Assembly (NCBI GenBank): GCA_903888345.1
Contig: CAISTG010000015.1
Coordinates: forward strand, 11,474 to 75,473
Direction: 5' to 3'
DNA from: Candidatus Buchananbacteria bacterium
GTDB taxonomy: Bacteria > Patescibacteriota > Patescibacteriia > 2-01-FULL-39-33
DNA length: 64,000 nt
Shown here in pieces: positions 1 to 12,000 of this stretch. Under the pieces are notes generated by a model. It was given only the letters and a program-made list of their open reading frames with translations. It was not told the origin of the DNA and made no database searches. The position numbers were made by a program, and so were the translations under genes. Within the stretch, counting starts at the first letter, position 1, and each line of letters begins with the position of its first letter.

Positions 1-1331
1 AAACCGCCAGTCTCAGCATTACCATAAACTCGACCGGTAGCATATGAACTGCTAACATTACCGCTAAGTGACCCGACCAGGCCGCCAGTATACTCCTGTG
101 TACCCGTAACATGGCCCAAGGCAAAGGAGTTAGTGATATTGCCCAAGGCACTGCCGACTAAGCCGCCAACCGCGAAAACACCGTCGACATTGGCCGTGGA
201 GGAGCTATTATTAATCGTACCAGTTAAAGTCAAAACACCAACTAAGCCACCAACACTAAAATCGCCCGTATAATAATCCCAAACACTCACGACATGGCCC
301 GCGGAAAATGCATTAGTGATCGTGCCAGTCACGCCACCGACTAAACCACCAATATATTGGGAATCACTATAAACCGATGCATTCGCGCTAACTGCCGAGA
401 TGGCGCCAGCCGAACCACCCACTAAACCACCAACATAATCCGTACCAGTCACATGACCATTGATCAAGCTCGCCGCTGTTAAGCCGCCGGTTAATTTACC
501 AATCAAAGAACCGACACGATTATGACCAACAACTGAAGTGCCATCCATTTTAATATCATGGACCGATCCAGAAACATAACCAAACAGACCAACATAATCG
601 GTGCCACTACGATAAATATTAAGTCCTGTAACTGTATAACCATTACCATCAAAATTACCACTAAATGGTGTCGCCAAAGTACCAATTGGATTAAACCCAT
701 AACCATCATCATACAATGCCCCACCAATATTCGTATCGATAGCACATTCAATATCACCGGTTAATTCAAAATATTTATCGAGATAAATACCCGCCCCGGA
801 ACTAATATTTTGTAACTCCTGACAAGTGGAGACTTGATATGGCGATTCAACTGTACCCAACCCACCAGCAAAAAGCACGCTGTAGGAAAAAGCTAATTTA
901 GCTACACCAGCATTTTCATAGTATTCAACCTTCAAAGTATGAGTGCCTTCCGGAACAGTATAAATGGTCGAGGTTGTCATATAACTCTGATCAACCCAAG
1001 CGCCCAAGATCTGAGTACTATCGATATACACCCTAGAGCCATCGTCAGACCCCAAACGAAATACATAATTACCACCGGTTACCGTTTTAGTATAACGAGC
1101 AATAAAACCATCAGAACCGATTCCGGCTGGAGAGCCAATATCCCAATCAAAATTAATTTCCGAAACAGTTGTCGTTACCGTGGCCGCACCAACCGGCATG
1201 CTCGGAGTCGCCACGGCAGCCGTGTCCCAATATTCAGCTAAATAACCCTGCGAGGCAGACGCTCCACTGATCGCATAAAAAAATCCTAGCCCTACCAAAA
1301 TTGGTAAGAACAATACTTTAAATGTCTTCAT
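1..1331 (-). CDS. Secreted PA14-domain + GLUG-repeat surface protein (runs off the window edge; absent from the ORF track)
   Basis: Manual translation from ATG 1331: signal peptide MKTFKVLFLPILVGLGFF; PA14-like INFDW...FRLGSDDGSRVYID...LKVEYYENAG; then GGLGTVESPYQV, FDGNGYTVTGL and VGGLVG repeats. Confidence 0.85.
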   Translation of the reverse strand, partial: MKTFKVLFLPILVGLGFFYAISGASASQGYLAEYWDTAAVATPSMPVGAATVTTTVSEINFDWDIGSPAGIGSDGFIARYTKTVTGGNYVFRLGSDDGSRVYIDSTQILGAWVDQSYMTTSTIYTVPEGTHTLKVEYYENAGVAKLAFSYSVLFAGGLGTVESPYQVSTCQELQNISSGAGIYLDKYFELTGDIECAIDTNIGGALYDDGYGFNPIGTLATPFSGNFDGNGYTVTGLNIYRSGTDYVGLFGYVSGSVHDIKMDGTSVVGHNRVGSLIGKLTGGLTAASLINGHVTGTDYVGGLVGGSAGAISAVSANASVYSDSQYIGGLVGGVTGTITNAFSAGHVVSVWDYYTGDFSVGGLVGVLTLTGTINNSSSTANVDGVFAVGGLVGSALGNITNSFALGHVTGTQEYTGGLVGSLSGNVSSSYATGRVYGNAETGG

Positions 1332-1388
1332 AATATAAGATTATAATTTGTTATTATTATAACATAAAGGAATAACTACCAGCAAATA

Positions 1389-1423
1389 AAATAATCATAC
1401 CCGATGTGAGAGTATGATTATTT
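1389..1423 (-). terminator. Intrinsic terminator-like hairpin after the 1344-aa gene
   Basis: aaataatcatac / gtatgattattt 12-bp stem with T-rich tail on the minus strand. Confidence 0.55.
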
Positions 1424-1492
1424 GTTTTATGTTCCCTGCTCTATGTTACATGCTATATGTTATGTGATTCCTGTTCCATGTTCCCTGCCCCC
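1423..1492. repeat. Ten degenerate 7-bp tandem units, each starting TG
   Basis: tgtttta tgttccc tgctcta tgttaca tgctata tgttatg tgattcc tgttcca tgttccc tgccccc. Confidence 0.75.
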
Positions 1493-4400
1493 CTACTTAT
1501 TCACTACTCCACGCGTCAGCGGTCCGAATGACCCATTGGCTGGTTTGATGCCTTTGGCTTTCTGGAATTTGATGAGGGCAATACGAGTGGCGGCTCCGAA
1601 TTTAGTGGTTTCGTTACCGGGACTACCCGGGCCAGTTTTGACCAGAATAAAGCCATTGGCATTGAGATACTTTTGAAGCTCTTTAACGTCATTATTAATC
1701 ATGCCCGAAGAAAGATTCTTTTTGAAAATAAATTTTGCCGACTTGGTGACGGTTACTGGGGTTATTGGCGTTGTATTGACAACAGTAGTTGCCAATGCCA
1801 AAGATTTGACCGTAATTTCGGCGCGATTAACAAAAATATTAGCAAAAGTTGCTTTAATATCGTTTTTACCATCACCGTCAAGATCAATGTCTTTGGACTC
1901 GCCTTTTTTGAGTGTGACAGTGACTGGTTTAGAAGAAAAAGTGATAGTAGCAATATTATTAGCTAGATCAAGATTAGTAATCTGAAAGCTATGAAAACCA
2001 GAATTCCAGCCATTAGAGCTTTCAGGGGCAGTAAAATTGTTAGTGTTGGTAATATAAGTCAAGACATTGACGCCAGTAGCCGTAATGGCGCCCACATTTA
2101 CGGTGGAGCCAATTCCTGTTGCAGAAATATCATTGCCTCCTGCCCCAGTACCTGCCGGAAGAGTGATGATAGCACCCCCACCACTAGCGGGCGGTGCCTG
2201 AACTGGAATCAACTCAAAACTGGCCGTTACGGTAATATCACCAGCAACTCCTGTATCAAGACGTGGATTACTAGTCACATTATCACTCCATTTTACAAAA
2301 CGATAACCTGAAGCAGCCACAGCCGTCACCGCGGTTCCATTGGTTCCGCTCAGTACGCTCTGAGATATACTGCCAGTAAGAGAACCATGATCTCCGGCAG
2401 AATATGCTAAGTTATAGTAAACTAAAAATACTCTTAATATTGGATAATTAATGCCCGCATTAATCACCCAGGTATCAGTAAAATTCCAATTAGAATATGT
2501 GTCTTGAGATTTCATCTCAGTGGTCGATTTTCCTACACCAACTGAAGAAGCAGATTGTCCGCTAGTCTCTAAATCCCAATAGGAAGCACTTGCTGCGGGA
2601 TCTTCGTAATAATCGGCGTAACCAACTAAGCCACCGATGTCGCTAACTGAGCCAGTAACTAAACCAGTCGAATAACAATTGGAAATCTCTGAATCCGGAT
2701 AGCTATTGCCTACTAAACCGCCAATATTTCCGTCCGCTGAACCGCTGACAGCACCAGTTGCATAGCAATCAGTCGTCGCGCCATAGCTTTCACCGACAAG
2801 ACCACCGACATCGACTCCAGAAGCGCTCACATTGCCGGTAGCATAACTTTCTGTAACGATTTCAGCACCTCCAGCTAGACCACCAACCCAATCATCCCCG
2901 ACTACATTACCAGTGGCATAACTACTCGCAATAGAACCACCATCAGTCCAACCGACTAGGCCTCCGACATCTGTGCCTTGATCATATCCGAGGATTGTTG
3001 AACCCACAGCGCCTGTAGCGTAGCTATTTAATATTTCACCGTCATTTTCACCAACTAACCCGCCAACGGCCCAACCATTACTCAATATTTGACTTGTAGC
3101 GAAGCTAGTTTTTACAGTATCACTATTAATACCCACCAATCCTCCCGTATAATCTCCTCCCTTAATTACGCCCGCCACGTTACAATTATTTATTGTGCCA
3201 CTATTTACACCGACTAGACCTCCAGTATAAGAATCTCCAGTGACTGTTGCATCAACAAGCCCCAAATTGTCTATCTCACCACTTAAGGCGGCAAATATAC
3301 CGATATTTGAGGTATTGGGGCGATTAATTGTTAAACCAATAATATTGTAATCATTACCATCAAGAGTTCCATTGAAATCACTAATAGGCGCAAAACCCGC
3401 ACCATCATTCCAATCTACTGTTTCCACTGCGTCAATATCTTGAGCTAGAATATAGCGTCCGTCCAGTGGATAGACGACATCATTGCCAATTTTTTGTAAT
3501 TCAGCAATCGTCCTAATTTCCTTGGTCCAGTTATTAGAAAAAATTGCCCTAATCACTGTATTACTCTGAGGTTGACCGCCAAAATATGGGTTACTAGTGG
3601 AATCATCACTCCATTTGAGAAAAAAATATCCCCTATCTGACACGGCAGTTACCGCGGTGCCGTTTTCATCATTCCATAAAAGTTGTGAAGTATTTCCATC
3701 GATTGATCCATGACCGTCGGTAGTATAAGTTAAGGTAAACTGACCAATCGGAGCTAACGTCACTCCTTGCAAAGTTGGATTTCTTGAACCTTCAACAATT
3801 TCCCAAGTAGTATCAAAATCCCAGTCACTAAATGTGGCCCCATTCTTCATCTGGCTACTTGATTTGCCTTCTCCCGCGGGAGAGGAATTAGACCCGCTAG
3901 TATCAATATTCCAGAATGAGGAAATACCTTCGCCATATCGATTTTTTCCCACCAGACCGCCCACATAATCATTTCCACTCACCTTACCAGTAGAATAACT
4001 GTTCCGAATCGTTTCATTATAATTGTAACCGACCAAGCCGCCGACCCACGCATCTCCAGTTACTCTAACAACAGAATAACTATCACTGATCGAACTATTG
4101 TTCGTTCCCACTAAGCCACCCGCAATATTATTACTAACGATCGTTAAGCCGGCGGAATAACTCCTAGTTATACTACCAGACAATGTAGCGCCGACTAAGC
4201 CACCAACATCATTGTTACCAACGACTGAACTTAACGAATAACTACGATTTATTTCACCATTATTTAAATAACCGATTAAGCCACCAACACGATAGTGTCC
4301 ATTTATTTTGCCGGTAGCATGACTACTAAACATTGAACTACTATCTGAATTACCGACCAAGCCCCCAACATAATCATAGCCAGTAACGTTACCGGTGGCC

Positions 4401-5527
4401 GAACCACCAGTTATCTGAGCCGAAACGAGGCTCCCAATTAATCCTCCAACATAATCTGCAGTACCAGTTACATTGCCAGTAGCGTAGATGTTATTAAAAA
4501 TAGTCCCACTTTCATTCCCAATAAAACCACCAACATAACCACCGCCAGTGACATCACCGGTGGCATAACTAGCGACTATCGAAGTGTATGAGTTACTGCC
4601 AATAAAACCACCGATATTATTCGCAACTCCAGTTACCTTGCCCGTGGCGCTACTATGGTCGATGGCGGCGGCATTAATGCCGATAAATCCACCCACCGCA
4701 TCATTACCAGCAACTGGACCAGTCGAACTGCAATTGGATATTGTTCCACCACTGATACTGCCAGCAAATCCCCCTACATTACTAACACCGGTAACGGATC
4801 CAGTGGCTGTACTACTAGTGATTAAACCAGTATCAACGCCGCCGATTAAGCCTCCGATAAAGGATGTACCATTAACATCACCAGTGGAGTAACTACTGTA
4901 AATATTTCCTAAATTTTCACCAACCAATCCTCCAATAAAAACTATACCCGTCACCTGACCAGAAGAATTACTACCTGAAATAGTACCGAAATTTGCGCCG
5001 GCTAGACCACCAATTACACTATCCGCACCAGAAAGATCGGCACTACTCGAACAATTTGTTATGATTCCATCAGCCCTATTTAGACCAACTATGGCGCCAA
5101 CATGATGATTACCCATAAACGAACCACCCACTAACTCTAAATTCTTTACCTGACCAGAAGAATAACCAAATAAACCCTGATAAGATTCAGCTGGTCTGTT
5201 TATATTTAATCCAATAATTTTATGATTACCGCCATCAAAAACGCCAAAAAAATTGTAATCGCCATTGCCAATTGGTACAAAACCCAAGTTATCATTCCAA
5301 TTAATGGTATCAGAACAATCAATGTCTCCTGTTAGTTGATAGACTTTTTCGGCAGTTAGTCCCGCCAAAGCGTCGGTATTAATTGATTGCAACTGAGTAC
5401 AAGTTGAAACCATGAAAGGATCAATTTCCGATCCAGTACCGGTACCAGTAAAGGCCTGAACAGTCAAAACCGGACACATCAAAAGCAAAACAAAACTGAA
5501 AAAATATAGACAAAGATATTTATACAT
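1493..5527 (-). CDS. Secreted GLUG-motif beta-helix surface protein with InlB/Flg-type repeats and C-terminal peptidoglycan-binding domain
   Basis: Signal peptide; many VGGLVG..S.ATG.V.G repeats; GY.F.KWSD repeats; C-terminal DVKELQKYLN...FGAATRIALIKFQ...G.FGPLTR. Confidence 0.88.
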   Translation of the reverse strand: MYKYLCLYFFSFVLLLMCPVLTVQAFTGTGTGSEIDPFMVSTCTQLQSINTDALAGLTAEKVYQLTGDIDCSDTINWNDNLGFVPIGNGDYNFFGVFDGGNHKIIGLNINRPAESYQGLFGYSSGQVKNLELVGGSFMGNHHVGAIVGLNRADGIITNCSSSADLSGADSVIGGLAGANFGTISGSNSSGQVTGIVFIGGLVGENLGNIYSSYSTGDVNGTSFIGGLIGGVDTGLITSSTATGSVTGVSNVGGFAGSISGGTISNCSSTGPVAGNDAVGGFIGINAAAIDHSSATGKVTGVANNIGGFIGSNSYTSIVASYATGDVTGGGYVGGFIGNESGTIFNNIYATGNVTGTADYVGGLIGSLVSAQITGGSATGNVTGYDYVGGLVGNSDSSSMFSSHATGKINGHYRVGGLIGYLNNGEINRSYSLSSVVGNNDVGGLVGATLSGSITRSYSAGLTIVSNNIAGGLVGTNNSSISDSYSVVRVTGDAWVGGLVGYNYNETIRNSYSTGKVSGNDYVGGLVGKNRYGEGISSFWNIDTSGSNSSPAGEGKSSSQMKNGATFSDWDFDTTWEIVEGSRNPTLQGVTLAPIGQFTLTYTTDGHGSIDGNTSQLLWNDENGTAVTAVSDRGYFFLKWSDDSTSNPYFGGQPQSNTVIRAIFSNNWTKEIRTIAELQKIGNDVVYPLDGRYILAQDIDAVETVDWNDGAGFAPISDFNGTLDGNDYNIIGLTINRPNTSNIGIFAALSGEIDNLGLVDATVTGDSYTGGLVGVNSGTINNCNVAGVIKGGDYTGGLVGINSDTVKTSFATSQILSNGWAVGGLVGENDGEILNSYATGAVGSTILGYDQGTDVGGLVGWTDGGSIASSYATGNVVGDDWVGGLAGGAEIVTESYATGNVSASGVDVGGLVGESYGATTDCYATGAVSGSADGNIGGLVGNSYPDSEISNCYSTGLVTGSVSDIGGLVGYADYYEDPAASASYWDLETSGQSASSVGVGKSTTEMKSQDTYSNWNFTDTWVINAGINYPILRVFLVYYNLAYSAGDHGSLTGSISQSVLSGTNGTAVTAVAASGYRFVKWSDNVTSNPRLDTGVAGDITVTASFELIPVQAPPASGGGAIITLPAGTGAGGNDISATGIGSTVNVGAITATGVNVLTYITNTNNFTAPESSNGWNSGFHSFQITNLDLANNIATITFSSKPVTVTLKKGESKDIDLDGDGKNDIKATFANIFVNRAEITVKSLALATTVVNTTPITPVTVTKSAKFIFKKNLSSGMINNDVKELQKYLNANGFILVKTGPGSPGNETTKFGAATRIALIKFQKAKGIKPANGSFGPLTRGVVNK

Positions 5528-5532
5528 AATAA

Positions 5533-5979
5533 TTAATATAATTTGAGAACATTTTTTTTGTTAACGGTGACCAGCATTAGTTTGACTGCGTCAATACTAT
5601 TATCATCGTTCAATTCTCCGACGACTCTAACAGTTGAGCCAATTTTAATGCCATTTTTATTGGGAAGCTTAAGTTGTTTTTTGACGGGAGCCTTAAATCT
5701 AACCAAAAATTTCGTCGAAGTTGTCAAATTAGCTGATCGACTCAACAATTTACTAGTCGGATTATTATCCGCAATCTTTACAACCACATAATTATTGTTG
5801 CTTATTGATTTCACGGTTGCCAGAAAATTTACGGAGTCAGATTTTTTAGCGACGCTAGAAGATTTCGTTGAAGAATTATTAATAACCCTAACTGTCGCAG
5901 TTTTTGCAAAAACAAAAACCGGTAATAACAATAAGTTAATAACCAAAAAAGAAGCAAAGAGAGATTTCGAATTAAGCAT
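5533..5979 (-). CDS. Small secreted protein, possible DUF5666-like OB fold
   Basis: Signal peptide; IKIGSTVRVVGELNDDNSIDAVKL; 5 bp from the downstream gene. Confidence 0.6.
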   Translation of the reverse strand: MLNSKSLFASFLVINLLLLPVFVFAKTATVRVINNSSTKSSSVAKKSDSVNFLATVKSISNNNYVVVKIADNNPTSKLLSRSANLTTSTKFLVRFKAPVKKQLKLPNKNGIKIGSTVRVVGELNDDNSIDAVKLMLVTVNKKNVLKLY

Positions 5980-6098
5980 GAGTCAAATTAATTTATAAGT
6001 AGTTAAACAATATTAATTATAATCATTAATTCCATTTTTGTAAATTTAAGCGACCTAAACAGCCCAGTTTTTTTATTTTCAAAATATTTCCCTTTAAT

Positions 6099-9000
6099 TT
6101 ACTCTGGCTTGACTGAAGTTGCGGTTAAAGTTTCAACGGCAGTGCCATAATTATAATAATCATTTCTAAAGCCCGCCTGTACTACGTAAGGTACTGCTTT
6201 ACCATAAAGTCTACTCTGCACCGAAGCATCAACAAATTTATACAGTCGCCCTTGAGCGCCAACACCATAAATAATTGAGCTATCATCAAATTTGATGAGA
6301 TTACCCGACCTAGCAACAAGATTACCACCAAGCGGTATTGCCTCAAACTCCGACTGGGAAATTTGTTTTAAAGTTGAAAATTTATTACCAATGTCTCCAA
6401 TGTCGTTAGCCCAGGTAGTATATGTATTACGATTAACAAAAAGATACTTAAGACCATCGCTTACGTAATAGACGGCCGGTCGATTGACGGTACTTACCTT
6501 AACAATTCTTCCTAACTTATCGGGAATAACAATATTTTTGCCGTTGCTGTCTATCGTTGCTTGAACCGCTATCAACGATTTAACTGTCAAACTGACTTGA
6601 TTGAAGGCTAAACTAGAAAAATTGATTGAAATATCCGATTTACCATCTTGGTCTAAATCGATATTCGCCTTTTCATTTAATTTCAATACTATTGTTTGCG
6701 GTGTAGACTCAACGCGTAAAGTAACGATCTGGGAAGTTACATCCAAGTTCACTACCGTCATTTTATGCTCTTGCCTTTGACTGGATTGACTAACGGTGGT
6801 TATAAAATTAGCGACTGAGTTCAGTGACGCGGTAAGATTTGTACCGAGCAGGCCAATTGTTCCGATACTACTCACGCCGTTGGTCGGAATACTGTACGAA
6901 GTCGTACTTACTACTGGCGGAACAATAAAACCACCGCCTCCCCCACCACCGCCACTTACCGGCGGTGCCACCACTGTCAGCGCTATCGAAAAAGAAACTG
7001 TTGACTTTGAACTAAAATTATTTACAAAATCCTCACAAATTACATAATAGACATAACTATTACCATTACTTAAGCCGCTAATTGGAGTAGTGTGATGTCT
7101 CAAGCCAGTAACTGAAAAAATAGTCATACTAGCAAAAAGAGTGCTGAAATTATCGGAATACTTACAAGTCGCCGCCTCGTCAGTGTCTAACACCAAAGTA
7201 GCATTAACTGTCCCCGCCACTTGCTCGCCGTCGGGCAATATATTAGAAATCACTGGGCCATCATTATCTGTCGCCACCGCAGCCACCGAAAAACTGGCGA
7301 CAGCCTCGGTACTGGTATTATTAGATAAATCCTGACAGACAATATAATAAGTATAGCTAGAACCATTGGTCAGGCTGGAGATTGGGGTTTTGTGATTAAT
7401 CGCTCCTGTTACGGCAAAAGGCGTCATCGCTCCAAAAGCTGTTCCCGAGACAGCTGCATAACGGCAAGTTGAATTTTCATTCGTCGTGACCGTCAGATTA
7501 ACACTACTAGTCCCATATTCCTGCACACCTGAAGGATAAATGTTGGAAAGAGTCGGGCCACTCAGATCACTGGTTGCGAATTTCCAGGTTGTCGCATCAG
7601 TAATACCCAAATAATTATTGATGGCAAACCCAACACCGACAAGTGCCGTGGCATCAATTTTGACATAATAATCAGTCTGCTCCGCCAAGACATTGGCGGG
7701 CGTAATCGTAACAAGGCCCGTTGATGAACAGTTAACCTGATTGGAATTAACATCGATAGTTTCTAATGGCAAATCATTTGAAGTTTTATAAAGAGCGATG
7801 CTACCACTCCCCTTCGCCATTGGTTGCGAAAATCGCAGTTGCAAATTAGTTGAAATAGAAGTTGAGGTCGTATTATTTTGAGGATAATAACTCAATGCTA
7901 CTGGATGAACTATATTTGTTTGGCCAACAGCAAAAACCATCACGCGATTATTTGCCGAGTCAGCCACGAAAAGCTTATTGCCATTTTCATAATAATAAAT
8001 ACCCCAGGGGGAATTAAGGAGTTTTGTCGACACTCCAGATGAAAGAGTTAAATAGTTATCCTGACCAATAACACTTACAGCCAGCTCACCATTAACAATT
8101 TCTGCGACATCAAAAACTGTCACCCGATTATTGCCACCCTCACTTACAAATAGGCGTTCGCTAATATTATCATATGCTAAAGCTGAAATATTTTTAAATC
8201 CTCCGTTTGTTGTAGCTGAGGAATTAGTTAAATAGCCTGACTGCCCTAACACATTAATTGCCGGCTCACCGTTAGTAATTTCGGCCACATCAAAAACTGT
8301 AACTCTTTGATTATTTCTTTCGGCTACAAATAAACGCTCATTTACCCAGTCATAAACTGAATCAAGAATATAGTCAAAGCCAGCTTGAGTAGTTGCTGTT
8401 GCGTTCGAAGTAAAATCAGTTTGCCCTAACACATTAATTGCCGGCTCACCGTTAGTAATTTCAGCCACATCAAAAACTAAAATTCGACTATAATCATTGA
8501 CAAATAGACGGTTATGGACAAAATCGTAAGCAAAACCACTTGAATTAGTGATATGATCCTGAGTTGAAGTACTAACCTTCGTCACAAAGTCAGCTTGACA
8601 CAATACATTAATAGCCGGCTCACCATTTGTAATTTCGGCCACATCAAATACCATGATACGATTGTTGCCGGCGTCATTAACAAATAGATAATTGCGAGCA
8701 AAATCATAGGCTAAACCATTCGGTACTTTTAATGAGCTTTGCGTCATGACTGTCGCAGTAGTAGTCGTAAAGGACGCCTGGCCCAAAACGTGAGTCGGCG
8801 TATAACTAGCCATCGATCCATCTGCATTAAGATTATAAACTAAAACTCGATTGTTAAAATTATCAGTTACAAATAGACGCAAATGAACGGGGTCGATCGT
8901 CAAATAGCGTGGTGTATATAACCCAAATTTGTTAATTGCTGGATTATAACTATTGTCAGTATTTGATTTATTAAAATTCGGTACTAAAGGATTGGCAATA

Positions 9001-12000
9001 ATGTCCTGATACTGGCCAATAAGATCAACTGCATTTTGGCCATTACTTATAGTTGAGGTTGCAGCATTAAATATCACCACTCGATGATTACTTGAATCAG
9101 CCACAAATAATTGATTATTAACATTATTATAAACAAGACCCGTCAAAGATTTGAGCCTGTTCTGACTTACTGTCGAAGTTGAGGCGTTAAAATCAGTCTG
9201 CCCCAAGACATTGATGGCGTTTTGTCCATTAACTATAGTTGAAGTAGCAACATTAAATATCATAACCCGACTATTCGACTGATCAGCAACAAATAACCTA
9301 CTCCCAACTGAGTCATACGTGACCCTAAATGGATTATTTAATGTCGTCTGCGTATGCCCGCTGGAACTACCGGAAAAATTAGCTTGCCCCAAGACATAAC
9401 TAGCATTTTCACCGTTAGTGATAGTTGAGGTAGCTGCGTTAAAAACCAATACTCGACGATTCAAGGCATCTGCCACAAATAAGCGATTATTCCCGGCGTC
9501 ATATTGAACACCACGCGGATAATTCATAGTACTTGTGGACGCGCTATAAGTCTTAGTAATGAAACTAGTCTGACCCAAGACATTGATTGCGTTTTGTCCA
9601 TTAGCAATAGTCGAGGTGGCGACATTAAACACCATTACTCGATTATTGGTAACATCAGCTACAAATAATCGGTTATTTGTTAGATCATAAGTTAGTCCGG
9701 CCGGTTGGCTTAATGAGTATTGAGTAGTTGTGGAAATGGCAGCACTAAAATCAGCCTGCCCCAAGACATTAACCGCATTTTCTCCATCAGCTATTACAGC
9801 GGTATCATAAACCAAAACTCGCATATTCACGCTATCTGAAACAAATAAACGATCACCAATAGAATCATACGCTAAGCCATCGACGGTATTAAATTTATTC
9901 TGTGATCTTCCGTTAGTTGAGCTCGAATATTCAGTTTGGCCCAAAATATGATCGGGAACATAATCGGCTAAGGTATTATCACTATTCAGATTATAAATCA
10001 TGATCCTATTATTAGTAACACCCTCAGCTACAAATAATCGATGATGAACAGTGTCCAAGGCTACTTCAACAGGTGAAAATAATCCCAATTTATTTCTCCC
10101 CTGATTATTTACATCGTTTTTATTAAAAGTTACTAGTGCGGGATTAGCGGTCACGTCCTGATATTGGCCGATTACATCGACAGCATCGCTACCATCAATA
10201 ATATAGCTGCGAGAAATGGTCACGGTAACTGCATATACTTGCGTGGTTCCATCAGCCGCCGTAACCATGTAGCTGACCGGATTAGAAAAATTTTGCGCCA
10301 CGCCGGAATTTGGACTAATTGAGGTGCCAAAATAACTAATTGTCGGCACCAGCGCTGTAACATCAGTTCCATAGGGCACGGTTGCGGCGATAGTATGTTG
10401 AGCTTCATCAATTATGGCTGTAACTGACAAACTAGAAAAAGCAAAAGAATCAATTCTTTTTGGCTGGCCGAGCACCTCTACTGCCTGCATCGCCTTTTTG
10501 GCATTAATTCTTGTACCGGCCGAAGTGATTCCATGCAAAGAAACCAAGTCATCACCACTGGTCAAAATAATATTTTTTATTTGGGCTGCCGACAGACTTG
10601 AATTATAGCCTTCCATTAAGGCGGCTAAACCAGCAACATACGGAGTAGCCATTGAGGTCCCGCTCAAATAACCGTAAGGCTCGTTTGAGCCATCAGTAAA
10701 TTTTTTAATACTAATTTGGTCGACATAACAACCGCCATGATTATTATCAGCAGCATTAGTTACCCACCTAAAACGGAATTTAAAATTGTTGGTTAGATAC
10801 TTTTTTGGAATCACGATATTACCAATATATGCAGCCGAACCACCAGCGGAACTATCGTCATTTGTCAGCCAATCCAAAACTGTCTCATCTAATCTGAATT
10901 GCTGATTATAGTAGGGCCAAGTACCTTCAGTAAAATTAACGCCATCGGCGCTATATTCAACAGCCAAATAATCAGCGTTCCAACTATACTCCGTATCACA
11001 AGCAGCAGCGAAACTAATAGTCGCTGATTTTGCATCAGTACCAAAATCATATGTTGCCGAAGTTATGGTCGTGTTAGCGTTAGCGGCGTAAGGATAATTG
11101 GGGCGCGCCACATGCAAAACCTTACCCCAAAAAGCATCGCCAGTATCATAAACTTTCCATTGATTGTTTATTCCTCCCAATACCCAACCATTAGGAAATT
11201 CTGAGGTTGGAGTAGTTTCAAAATTCTCATTAAAAACGGAGGCCTCAGAAATAGTGCTATACACATTAGTTCCCGGGGCCGCCACATCAACTGCGGTGGC
11301 ACTATAATCAGCAAAAGAGGCCAACTGATCGTTTTCATTAGTCGCTGTTACGGCAATAATATTATCTAAATTATAATCAGAGGGATAATTATGAAGCACG
11401 TCATTATTTTGACCATTATTTCCAGCCGCCGCGACAAAAATTCCACCTGCAATAGAAAAACGATTGATAGCATCATATTCTGCCTGTGAATAGCCATCAG
11501 AACCAAAGCTGGCATTAATTATTTTGGCACCATTTTGAATTGCAAAATCAATCGCCTTAATTTCACTAGCTACATCCAATTTAAATCTAATAGTCATGAT
11601 TTTTGCCCCACTCGCCACACCGACGACTCCCTTTGAGTTGTTTTTGGCGGCGGCGATAATTCCAGCCACGTGCGTTGCATGCGACGACATATCTACACTC
11701 AAATCGCTATATGCTTCTGGCATCGGATCTTTATCATTATCAACATAATCATAACCATGGCTGCAGCCACCTAAATAGGCGCCATTTTGATCTTTACAAC
11801 CAGATCCATCCCACATATTAGCGACCAGGTCAGGATGATTATAGGCCACACCATTATCGATGATTGCCACAATAACTGGGGAGATTGTCGCCGCATCAGC
11901 AATCTGCCAAGCTTCGGGCGCATCAATATCAGCATCAACAACGCCGCTGCGCGGATTATTATCCGGAAAATTGCCGCCAACTGTTTGACCAGTGTTATCT

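Noticed and set aside
8050-9800. CRISPR-like regular repeats
   Set aside because: In-frame NHL protein repeats with a period of about 180 bp; no cas genes and no array anywhere in the window
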